Source: Elusimicrobiota bacterium (GTDB taxonomy: Bacteria > Elusimicrobiota > Elusimicrobia > Elusimicrobiales > Elusimicrobiaceae). From it: a DNA stretch of 54,519 bases. A program made the translations under genes and the position numbers. This document shows positions 34,296-42,413 of the stretch, in pieces (positions within the stretch are counted from its first letter, which is position 1; every line of letters begins with the position of its first letter). The stretch spans positions 1 to 54,519 of the forward strand of contig JAAYTX010000067.1 of assembly GCA_012523635.1 (NCBI GenBank), read 5' to 3'. The notes below the pieces were generated by a model. The model ran no database searches, was not told the DNA's origin, and saw only the letters and a program-made list of their open reading frames with translations.

Positions 34296-35710
34296 GCCTT
34301 GCCCCGCAGGTTGCGCAAAAGCATCTTCATTATGCCGAAGAATCCCGAAAGCCTGTAATTGTAGGCCGAGCCATCCAAGAAAAGCCCCAGCGCCTTCACA
34401 GGATGGCGGCTGTAAAAAGCGAAATAGCAGCGCGACTGCCATTTTTTAAGCTCAGCCAGCGGCAGGGCCGAGGATTGCAGGCAACTGAAATCAAACTGCT
34501 GGTAATCCTCCCAGCGGTCATGCATTATGGACAGCCCGCCCGCGCCTTCCTGCGCCAGGCGCCGCAGTTCCGAGCCGGGATTGGGCACCATAAGCCCGAA
34601 AGACAGCGCGTCGGGGTTCAGTTCCCGCGCGAAAGCCATGGTTTCCTTTATGGTTTCGGGCGTTTCTGTGTAATGCCCCAGGATGAAGAAACAGCGGGTT
34701 TTAAGCCCGGCGGCTTTAAGCAGCTTCACGGCGGCGCGTATCTGCTCCTTGTTCTCGCCCTTCTTCACCACTTCGCGCAGTATGCGGTCGTTGCCGCTTT
34801 CAACTCCGAGCGCCACCCACTGGCACCCGGCCTCTTTCATGGAGCGCAGCAGCGTCGGGTTCACGGCGTCGGCGCGCGTCTCGCAGTCCCAGGCAATCTT
34901 CCTGTTCAGTCCGCGCCGGACAAGTTCCGCGCACATCAGCTCGGTCTCGCCCTTCAAAAGCCCTAGCATCGCGTCGGCGAACTGAACGCGCCGGACGCCG
35001 AATCGTCCGGACAGCCACTGCATCTCGTCCACTATTTTCAGGTGTTTTTTGACCCGTATTTTCCTGCCCAGATAACAGGGGGTGCAGAAATAGCACTGGT
35101 GCGGACACCCGCGCGACGCGCCCAGCGGGAACACCTTGCCGTAATGCTCCAATTCAAACAGGTCCCACGCGGGGAAAGGCAGGGAGTCCAAATCTTCTAT
35201 TACGGGACGCGCCGGACCTTTAACTACCCCCTCCCCCAGCCTGCTCCACAACCCGGCTATGTCGGAAAAATCTTTTTTTCCTTCAGCGCAGGCCCGGGCC
35301 AGCTCCACGGTGGTCAGTTCACCCTCGCCTTCCACCACGGCGTCAAAGGCGGGGAACTCCAGCAGAGTGCGCTCCGGCAGAATTGTGGCGTGCGGCCCTC
35401 CGACGGAAATTGTCAAATCTGGGAATTCGGCCTTCAGCGCCGCGGCCAAAACCCCGGCACTGCTTATTTCGGTGGTGAACGCGGTTATGCCCACAAGCGC
35501 GGGACGCTTTTCCCTCACGAGGGAGAGCACGCTTTCCGGCGTGTTGTGCCCAAGACGCAGGTCTATTATGCGCGGGGAAAGGCCCTGTTCACGACAGTAC
35601 GCCGCCACTGACGCCAACCCCAGCGACGGGACCAGAGACTCGTTGGTGAACAGGTTGTCCTTTTTGGCCAACAGCCTGCGCGAGGGATGCAAAAGCAGGA
35701 TTCCCGTCAT
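34292..35710 (-). CDS. cobalamin-binding-domain radical SAM enzyme (class B), paralog 3
   Basis: Start at MTGILLLHPS (ATG 35708-35710, ATGA overlap; the track extends to 35800). B12-type segment PSLGLASVAAYCREQG...RPALVGITAFTTE...ISVGGPHATILPE, then SRGCPHQCYFC. Confidence 0.85.
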   Translation of the reverse strand: MTGILLLHPSRRLLAKKDNLFTNESLVPSLGLASVAAYCREQGLSPRIIDLRLGHNTPESVLSLVREKRPALVGITAFTTEISSAGVLAAALKAEFPDLTISVGGPHATILPERTLLEFPAFDAVVEGEGELTTVELARACAEGKKDFSDIAGLWSRLGEGVVKGPARPVIEDLDSLPFPAWDLFELEHYGKVFPLGASRGCPHQCYFCTPCYLGRKIRVKKHLKIVDEMQWLSGRFGVRRVQFADAMLGLLKGETELMCAELVRRGLNRKIAWDCETRADAVNPTLLRSMKEAGCQWVALGVESGNDRILREVVKKGENKEQIRAAVKLLKAAGLKTRCFFILGHYTETPETIKETMAFARELNPDALSFGLMVPNPGSELRRLAQEGAGGLSIMHDRWEDYQQFDFSCLQSSALPLAELKKWQSRCYFAFYSRHPVKALGLFLDGSAYNYRLSGFFGIMKMLLRNLRGKA

Positions 35711-37122
35711 TGGTTGCCCTGTTTTTTGATGTAGCGGGCCGCAAACCCGGTGAAATTTTTCCATTCCCTGGCCCAATCGCCGCGCCGCAGGCGCTTCCAC
35801 ACCAGTTGCGGCCTGAGATAATAGGAACGGTAGGCCTTGCGGCTGAACTCGTAAATTTCAGACGAGGAAAGCCCCGGATACGAATACGGCGGCGGCAGCA
35901 TCGGGTTGTAGCGGGACCAGTCTTCCGTGAGCAGATAGCCGCGCTGTTTGAGATAGGAATAGAATTCGGTGCCCGGATGCGGTATGGCCACGCCGAAGGT
36001 CACCAGATCGGCCTCAAGGGTTTTGGCGAAACACAGGGTTTTACGCATGGTGTCGCGCGTCTCGCCCGGCAGGCCGAACACGAAATAAACCAGCACCTCA
36101 AGCCCGGCCCTTTTTGCGTCCGAAACGGCGCGGCGCACCTGCTCCGGCGCCACATGCTTGCGCATAAGCTCCAGCACGTTCGCATCGGCGCTTTCACAAC
36201 CTATGTTCACGGCGGTGCAGCCCGCCGCCTTCATCAGGGCCAGCAGTTCCGGCGAAAGGCAGTCGGCCCGGGCGTTGCAGGTAAAATTCATGCCCAGGTT
36301 CTCGGCAATCATGGCCTCAAACAGCTCGCGGGCGTGCTCGGAGCGGTTGAAGCCCCCCTCGAACGGGAAGCGCAGTTCGCGCACCCCCATGCGCTTAAGC
36401 TCGCGCAATTCCTTCATAAAAGCGGAAACACCGCGGTGCCTCAACCGACCGTAAAAGCAGGCAGAACACATGATACATGGCGGCTGGTTTACACAGCCGC
36501 GCGAAAAATAGGTTACAGCCATCGGACCGCGCTTCATGAACGGGTCGCGGTAGAGGTTCAGGTCCAGCAGATCGTGGGACGGGACTCCCAAATCGTCCAG
36601 GCGCTCTATCGGCGGGGCCGCAGGGTTCAGCCGGGACACGCCGTTCATGCGATAGGCAAGGCCGGGCACCAGTTCCGGACTTACGCCGCGCACCAGTTCC
36701 AAAACGGTGAATTCGGAGTCGTTGGGCACAGCGTAATCAAGATTGGGGTTCAGCGCCAAAGTCTCAAGCGGAAGGGCGTTTACATGGGTAGACGTCACCG
36801 CCGTAAGAATGGACGGCGACACGCTTTTTGCGATATCGGCCACGCGCAGGTCGTGGTAAAGGGTGGGAGTCGAGGCGGTGAACAGCACCAGTTTGGGCGA
36901 GGCTTTTTCCAGTGCCGCCTTCACGGCGTCAAAAGAAAGGCGGGCCGAATTGGCGTCGAGCAGTTCCACGCTGAACCCGCGCCCCCGCAGAAGCCCGGCG
37001 ATAATCATCAGGTCCAGCGGCGGCCAGGCCATGTCGGCCTTGAAGGTGCCGATGCTGCCCAGCGTGCGCAGGCTGCCGAAGCCGCTTGCGGCTGGAGGCT
37101 CCACCAGAAAGACATCAGCCAT
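35707..37122 (-). CDS. cobalamin-binding-domain radical SAM enzyme (class B), paralog 2, non-canonical Cys cluster
   Basis: B12-type segment WPPLDLMIIAGLLRGRG...PKLVLFTASTPT...AVTSTHVNALPLE. The cluster region reads SRGCVNQPPCIMCSAC, that is Cx5Cx2C(x2C), instead of CxxxCxxC. I verified this at nucleotide level at 36457-36495. Confidence 0.8.
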   Translation of the reverse strand: MADVFLVEPPAASGFGSLRTLGSIGTFKADMAWPPLDLMIIAGLLRGRGFSVELLDANSARLSFDAVKAALEKASPKLVLFTASTPTLYHDLRVADIAKSVSPSILTAVTSTHVNALPLETLALNPNLDYAVPNDSEFTVLELVRGVSPELVPGLAYRMNGVSRLNPAAPPIERLDDLGVPSHDLLDLNLYRDPFMKRGPMAVTYFSRGCVNQPPCIMCSACFYGRLRHRGVSAFMKELRELKRMGVRELRFPFEGGFNRSEHARELFEAMIAENLGMNFTCNARADCLSPELLALMKAAGCTAVNIGCESADANVLELMRKHVAPEQVRRAVSDAKRAGLEVLVYFVFGLPGETRDTMRKTLCFAKTLEADLVTFGVAIPHPGTEFYSYLKQRGYLLTEDWSRYNPMLPPPYSYPGLSSSEIYEFSRKAYRSYYLRPQLVWKRLRRGDWAREWKNFTGFAARYIKKQGNQ

Positions 37123-38545
37123 GTTTGCGCCCCCGCCCCGACAGATATGACACGAAACTTTTCAGCCCGTAAATCTTGCGCAGGAGGTCTCCGGCCGACT
37201 CAAGATTGAAAATCATCCTCAAAATCTGGGACGGCCGGAAATAAAACTCTCGCAGGCCGCGGTCTATTAAGGCGTCTATCTCGGCCTTGGAAAGCTGGGG
37301 ATAGCTCAACAAAGTTATCTGCTCCAGCTCCGGCGACACCCACTCCCGCCAGTCATGCGGCACCAGAAACCCCTCGCGTTTGGCCCAGTCGTAAAGCATC
37401 GTGCCGGGATAGACGCAGATGCCCGAGAACTGCACGGTGTCTAGCGGCAGGCTTTTGGCGAACTCTATGGTTTTGCGGGCGCTTTCCCGGGTCTCGCCTG
37501 GCGCGCCCACCATGAAACAGCCGTGCAGGGTGAAGCCCAGTTTGGCGGCACGGGCGGCGAAAGTGCGGGACTGCGCCAGCGTTATCCCCTTGCGCACGGC
37601 GTCCAGCGCCTCCTGAGTTCCGAACTCAAACCCCACCATGAGCATGCGGCAACCCGCCTTGCGCATAAGCGGCAAAAGCTCCAAATCAAGGTCCACGCGC
37701 GTGTTGCAGCTCCAGGTTATTTTCAGGCCGCGGCGAAGAATCTCCTCGCATACGCCGCGCACGTGCGCGGGCGAGGCGGTGAAGGAGTCTGTCTCGAACA
37801 TTATCTCGCGCAGCTGCGGGAACAGCCTCATGTCGCTTTCCATCTCGTCCACTACAAGCGCCGGACTGCGCATGCGCAGGGCATGCCCGCCCAGTATAGG
37901 CGTATCGCGGCAGAAGATGCAGCTGCCGTGGCAGCCCCGCCCGGAGATAAGCGTCAGGAAAGGAAAACGCTTCCCGGCGTCCCTGTACCATTCGGGTTTT
38001 ATATGATGCCAGGCAGGGAAAGGCAGTTCGTTCACGTCCAGCGGCCGGCGCTCACCGGTCCGCACATATTCAGCGCCGCGCATAAACGAAATCCCGGCTA
38101 TATTTTCAAGGGAAGCGCCGGAAGCTATGTCGCGCAAAGTGAAGTCATACTCGCCGTGGGCTATTATGTTTCCGTCCGCGCCCGGCAAAGCCAGCGTTTC
38201 CCGTGCAAGCGCGCTCACGTGCGGGCCTATCAGCACAGTCCTTGCGGCTCCGCATTCCCGCGCCAGAGCGGCGTACTCCAAATCGTTGTAAATGGACGGG
38301 GTGGTGGTGTGCATCACGGCCATTTCTGGCCGGAAGCGTTCAATTCCCGCGCGCACCGACTGTCTGTCCAGGTTAAGGGCGGCGGCGTCCAGGAACAGCA
38401 GTTCGTGCCCGGCACGCTCCAGCACTGCGACCGCGATGAGCATCCCGTCCGGATGCCGCTGAACGCGCCCGCGGGACTTGGCCGCCCACCGCGCCGAACG
38501 ACAGAAATCCGTCCCGTATGCCGGGTTTAGGACCAGTATCCTCAC
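37115..38545 (-). CDS. cobalamin-binding-domain radical SAM enzyme (class B), paralog 1 (HpnJ/BchE-like N-terminus)
   Basis: GTG start with a GTGA overlap with the DUF2304 gene. MRILVLNPAYGTDFCRSARWAAKSRG...FRPEMAVMHTTTPS...VLIGPHVSALARE, then GRGCHGSCIFC. Confidence 0.85.
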   Translation of the reverse strand: MRILVLNPAYGTDFCRSARWAAKSRGRVQRHPDGMLIAVAVLERAGHELLFLDAAALNLDRQSVRAGIERFRPEMAVMHTTTPSIYNDLEYAALARECGAARTVLIGPHVSALARETLALPGADGNIIAHGEYDFTLRDIASGASLENIAGISFMRGAEYVRTGERRPLDVNELPFPAWHHIKPEWYRDAGKRFPFLTLISGRGCHGSCIFCRDTPILGGHALRMRSPALVVDEMESDMRLFPQLREIMFETDSFTASPAHVRGVCEEILRRGLKITWSCNTRVDLDLELLPLMRKAGCRMLMVGFEFGTQEALDAVRKGITLAQSRTFAARAAKLGFTLHGCFMVGAPGETRESARKTIEFAKSLPLDTVQFSGICVYPGTMLYDWAKREGFLVPHDWREWVSPELEQITLLSYPQLSKAEIDALIDRGLREFYFRPSQILRMIFNLESAGDLLRKIYGLKSFVSYLSGRGRKHG

Positions 38546-38898
38546 TTCCGCTCCTCTTTGACGGCCTCAAGTTCGCGCTCTAGCAGGGCTATGCGCTGCG
38601 CCAACTCCTTCTGCCTGTTTGTCAGGCGCGAAATAACTGCGGAAAAATGCAGCACTATCAAAAGCAGAAAAAACACACCGAAGAAAAATAAGGCGGACGC
38701 AGGCGCGATCAGCCCCAGCGCGCGGGTAAGCCTCAGCAAAAGGCCAGGGAACACAGACAACAGGAAAAGCACTGCCCCGGTGCACATCCACAGCCACGAA
38801 TACTCTTCATTCAGCTTGCGGCGGCGCACCAATTCGAAAGTTATGATTATCAGTCCAAGGCTGAAGACCACGCCAAGCACTATGTTTTGAATCGGCAT
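38542..38898 (-). CDS. DUF2304-like small membrane protein (GT2 partner)
   Basis: 118 aa, three to four TM helices followed by a C-terminal amphipathic coil (RQKELAQRIALLERELEAVKEE). It lies immediately downstream of a GT2 gene with a TAATG overlap, which is the usual DUF2304 context. Confidence 0.7.
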   Translation of the reverse strand: MPIQNIVLGVVFSLGLIIITFELVRRRKLNEEYSWLWMCTGAVLFLLSVFPGLLLRLTRALGLIAPASALFFFGVFFLLLIVLHFSAVISRLTNRQKELAQRIALLERELEAVKEERK

Positions 38899-39653
38899 TA
38901 TTTCTCCTCCGGACGCGCGGGCTTGGCCCGCAGCAGCGTGACGCTGATGGACAGGAACATCTTGAAAACGTAATAGAAAGCGGCCATGCCGTGATGCAGG
39001 GGCAGGGGCTTGCGGCTGTGGCGCATGGAAACCGGCACCTCGCGTATGCGCAGGCCCGCCGCGTGCGACAATATTATCAGGTCGGCATCCGGATAGCTGG
39101 TGGGGTAGAACTCCGGCAGGCTGTAGAATTCTATAACCTTGCGGTTGGCGGCGCGGAAGCCGGAAGTGGAATCCGTAATGCGCAGGCCGGTAAGCAGGCT
39201 GGCCAGCGCGTTGAACAGCGCCATCCCCACACGCTTGGCGGCTGTCGGCCTGTAATCGGCGTTCTTCAGGAAACGGGAGCCTATGGTGAGGTCGGCCTCG
39301 CCGTCCAGGACAGGGCGCAGCAGCGCGGCTATGTCCGCAGGGTCGTGCTGGCCGTCGGCATCCAACTGCACCACGAAATCGTAGCCCTTGCGCATGGCGT
39401 AAATATAGCCGGTATGGCGGGCCGCCCCATCTCCGAGATTGAACGGGTGGCGCAAGACTTTCAGGCCGTTTTCGCGCGCGACTGCTGACGTGGCGTCGGA
39501 AGAGCCGTCATCAACCGCCACGACGTCCACGCCCGGACAGTTGGCCTTCAGTTCCCGGCACAGTTCCGGCAGGTAGGCAGCCTCGTTATAGGCCGGCAGC
39601 AGCAGCAGGACACGCTTACCGGGCGTATTGGGCGCCGAACTTTTCATATTCAT
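38898..39653 (-). CDS. family 2 glycosyltransferase, polyprenyl-phosphate sugar synthase-like (DPM1/GtrB/ArnC type)
   Basis: LLLPAYNEAAYL, AVDDGSSDAT, VQLDADGQHDP (DxD), TIGSRF and TDSTSGFRA are the conserved blocks of the dolichyl/undecaprenyl-phosphate glycosyltransferase subgroup. Confidence 0.8.
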   Translation of the reverse strand: MNMKSSAPNTPGKRVLLLLPAYNEAAYLPELCRELKANCPGVDVVAVDDGSSDATSAVARENGLKVLRHPFNLGDGAARHTGYIYAMRKGYDFVVQLDADGQHDPADIAALLRPVLDGEADLTIGSRFLKNADYRPTAAKRVGMALFNALASLLTGLRITDSTSGFRAANRKVIEFYSLPEFYPTSYPDADLIILSHAAGLRIREVPVSMRHSRKPLPLHHGMAAFYYVFKMFLSISVTLLRAKPARPEEK

Positions 39654-40911
39654 TCAAAAGCTTTTCAACCGGATATGGATTGGCCTTAATTTTTTTCTTC
39701 AATCCGGCATAGCGATGGGCTTCCGTATAAAGCAATGAATAGAAGCCCCCAGAAGCGATTTTACAAATGTTTGCGCCGTATTGGGATGACGAAAGCCCGT
39801 CGAAACGGATGCGGAATAGGAAGAAATTAGGCAGTCCCGTATCCACATATTCGAAATGCCTGGCAAAAAACCCAGGCTCGAAAATAGGGGAAATCACGTC
39901 TCCGGGGCAGCATGTCATATAATCAAAGCAAAGATAGTTGATTCCGGCTTTCCTTAATTCGCTCATAATAAGCCCGCTGTCTGTCAGATAAATCGAAGGC
40001 GCTCCGGTTATCACCGCCTGCAGCAACTGCGGCTTTGTATAAACCCGCTGGATATTAAAGATATAAAACACGCGGTCGCCCTCTCCAAGCACCGAATTCA
40101 AAAAGGAAACCTTGTCCGCAGTGGAACGGCCGAGATAGGAAGCCAGCGTGGTTCTCCGGGCCAAAAAAGCCGCGTTGATTCCATCATCTTCCCGATTGAA
40201 CAACCATGGAAGAGCCCATGAAAACAGGCCCGCGGCAGCCTCACGTGCCGCACGCACAAAAACTGCCCGGGACGGAGGCCGGTTCAGCCAGGCCGAAGAC
40301 CCGCCCGGAGCATGCAGGTCGTCAGGTGGCAGAAAAGTCCTTGCCCCATCCTTCGCGCCACTCCCCGGCTCCACGCGCCACCGGTTGAAGAAGGCCTCGC
40401 GCGTGAAGAAAAATTTGCGCGCGCCCACATACACCGTAACACTGCGCAGTGCCGCGGCATCCTGCACCCTTAGTTTCAGCCCTGTCAGCCAGCCAGCCAC
40501 GCGGGGCCCCATGGAAGCCGTCCAATAGGCTTCATTGTCTTTAACCGCGCAGGCGCCAAGATGAGCGAGTTTCACCGCCTGTTCCGGGGGGCGTTCAACA
40601 TTGTTGCATGCATAGGTTCTTTCAATCAGCCTCCTGGCATCCTCGCGGGGCAGAGGGTCAGGCGGTTCGGAATCATCCTGGCGGCAGGCGCAAAGCATGG
40701 CTAAAGGAGGCAGATATTCCAGACCATTAGCGCCCTGCGCCGAGACTGCAAGGTCCGATGGCGCAGGTTTAGCGGAAAGTCGCACCAGCACAAGTATCGG
40801 TTCGGCGATTCCGCGCCCGGTGCCCATCAGGGAAAGAAATCTCCAGCCGAAAGCGGCAATCAAAACAATGCAGCCGCCCGCCAGCAGCCCACGCCAGTGA
40901 AAGTTCCTCAT
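39616..40911 (-). CDS. membrane-anchored extracytoplasmic protein, paralog of the C-terminal domain of the 42401-44815 product
   Basis: One N-terminal TM helix (LLAGGCIVLIAAFGW). The C-terminal ~170 aa align by eye with the C-terminus of the fused protein: FLNSVLGEGDRVFYIF / FLNSRLEPGEKVLYFF, PIFEPGFFARHFEYVDTGLPNFFLFRI / PLFEPDFFSRHFIVVETGLPHFYLFRI, ANPYPVEKLL / ANPYSPEKML. ATGA overlap with the upstream gene. Confidence 0.7.
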   Translation of the reverse strand: MRNFHWRGLLAGGCIVLIAAFGWRFLSLMGTGRGIAEPILVLVRLSAKPAPSDLAVSAQGANGLEYLPPLAMLCACRQDDSEPPDPLPREDARRLIERTYACNNVERPPEQAVKLAHLGACAVKDNEAYWTASMGPRVAGWLTGLKLRVQDAAALRSVTVYVGARKFFFTREAFFNRWRVEPGSGAKDGARTFLPPDDLHAPGGSSAWLNRPPSRAVFVRAAREAAAGLFSWALPWLFNREDDGINAAFLARRTTLASYLGRSTADKVSFLNSVLGEGDRVFYIFNIQRVYTKPQLLQAVITGAPSIYLTDSGLIMSELRKAGINYLCFDYMTCCPGDVISPIFEPGFFARHFEYVDTGLPNFFLFRIRFDGLSSSQYGANICKIASGGFYSLLYTEAHRYAGLKKKIKANPYPVEKLLNEYEKFGAQYAR

Positions 40912-42413
40912 CGCGCCACCTCGTCAAGCCCAGGCCTCTTCGCCAGGCACTGCGACAGGAAATAAAACGAGGCGATATACAACGCCGGCAGAGTTATCCA
41001 CGCAAATCGCGACAGAACCCCCCCGCTGACCATGTTCGGGAAAAAGAGCAGCAATGAATACAACATGAAAAAAAGCATGAAGTACATGGCCGCCACCTCG
41101 GCGCGCCGTATAAAGGCAAAACCGATAAACAGCATACCTCCCAGCAAGCCGGCATGTTCAAACGCGAAAGAAAATGGAAATACGGCATAGCTCCATGCCC
41201 CGGGAGAATACCTCATGTCAAAAAACATCAGCAGACGCTCACCTATGAAATCGTTTATCACGTACGGGCTTCCTGAAGCATGGAACAGTTTGACAAAAAA
41301 AGGATTCCCCGGATAGATACAACCGGTGTGATGGAAATTCCAAGCCGGGAACGCGCCAGCCGCAGCCGCGCATGCCGCCAATGCCAGCAGATAACGCTTA
41401 GGGAATTCCCGCCAGAGACCCGAAAACAAGACAATCCCTCCGAACGAGGCGGCGGCAGGCACTATTCCGGCCATTGAAACAGACGACATCAATCCTATGC
41501 CCGCAAAAGCCAAGCAGTGCCTATTTGGTTCTCGGAACAGCATACCCTCAACGATTGATATAAACGCAAAACATTCCAGGAACATCAAATACAGCCTGTC
41601 ATGCGCCAGGGAAAAGAAGTCATTGCTGGACAATGCAGGGGTAGCGAGAAACGCAGCGGCAGCGGCAAAGGCCAGCCAGCGCGGGAGCCGCACCCCAAGA
41701 AATTCGTAGATGCCAAGCGACATGCAAAACAACAGCATCAGGCCGAACATTTTCACAATGCCCGGATTAGAAATGGTAATAAGCGCCGACGCAACAACCG
41801 AATACTGGTGCAGCGCGAACAAATATGTCACCAGCGCAGGCTCAACCGCAACGCCATGATGTTCAGAAAAGAAAATGTAAGTCGGCATATAACCGCCGGA
41901 AACATCGCCGAGCGATTCGCCGTAGGAAACCGGCGACAGTGCGCTCAACAGGCAATGATAGGCCGCCCAAACAATGACAATAAGCACAAGCGCGGACCAC
42001 AGGCGGCTTTGGGGCAGGCGCGGCCAGGACACGCCGCTGTCGCCGAAAAGCAGGAACGCCAGCAACAACGCCAGCACGACGCCGCGATAGGCCAGCCCGG
42101 CAAAAAAGAAAGGCAGTAAACAAATATTGAATAGGGCGACGCCGCAGAAGAAATCCAGCGCAAGGCCGCTTTCCAGCCCGAGCAGGCGCATTGCCCTGCG
42201 CCCGGCAAACGCCACAGCCGCAAGGACCGGCACCAGCAGAGCAAGGTTGAGGAGTATCTCAGTCCAGTCGCAGTAAGCGTTGAAATCGGCGTGGGCGGCA
42301 AGCGACATATAATTATAGCCGCCGGATTTTATCGCAGCCGCGCACAGCAACAGCCACGCGCTAAGCGCCAAACGCATTTTGCGGCCCCCAATCAGAGTTA
42401 TCAAAGCGGACAT
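40908..42413 (-). CDS. polytopic membrane protein, GT-C-like, paralog of the N-terminal domain of the 42401-44815 product
   Basis: 501 aa with more than 10 hydrophobic helices. Aligns by eye with the fused paralog: SYGESLGDVSGGYMPTYIFFSEHHG...YSVVASALITISNPGIVKMFGLMLLF vs SYGESLGDAANNTFYVPMLFARNHG...YEVLGSALISLSNPGVVKIFGLSLLL. The first loop is acidic (HADFNAYCDW). Confidence 0.7.
   Translation of the reverse strand: MSALITLIGGRKMRLALSAWLLLCAAAIKSGGYNYMSLAAHADFNAYCDWTEILLNLALLVPVLAAVAFAGRRAMRLLGLESGLALDFFCGVALFNICLLPFFFAGLAYRGVVLALLLAFLLFGDSGVSWPRLPQSRLWSALVLIVIVWAAYHCLLSALSPVSYGESLGDVSGGYMPTYIFFSEHHGVAVEPALVTYLFALHQYSVVASALITISNPGIVKMFGLMLLFCMSLGIYEFLGVRLPRWLAFAAAAAFLATPALSSNDFFSLAHDRLYLMFLECFAFISIVEGMLFREPNRHCLAFAGIGLMSSVSMAGIVPAAASFGGIVLFSGLWREFPKRYLLALAACAAAAGAFPAWNFHHTGCIYPGNPFFVKLFHASGSPYVINDFIGERLLMFFDMRYSPGAWSYAVFPFSFAFEHAGLLGGMLFIGFAFIRRAEVAAMYFMLFFMLYSLLLFFPNMVSGGVLSRFAWITLPALYIASFYFLSQCLAKRPGLDEVAR

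Noticed and set aside
35710-37209. Very long plus-strand ORF (499 aa) antisense to a radical SAM gene. Similar long antisense ORFs occur at 14635-15783, 23058-23918, 33468-34358, 37523-38530, 52614-53660, 5673-6542 and 6569-7264.
   Set aside because: Their translations are Arg/Ala/Gly/His-rich low-information sequence. Each lies exactly opposite a gene with unmistakable family motifs. They are the stop-poor shadow frames expected at about 60-65% G+C.
31921-38545. Hopanoid side-chain pathway (HpnI GT2 + HpnJ rSAM + HpnP/R methylases), RiPP maturation, or tetraether/GDGT lipid synthesis as the identity of the radical SAM cluster.
   Set aside because: The window contains no squalene-hopene cyclase, HpnH or HpnK-like deacetylase. 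It has no small precursor-peptide ORF, peptidase or ABC exporter, and no lipid-synthesis genes. Similarity to HpnJ is limited to generic class B features that I can only judge by eye. These remain alternatives for database comparison.
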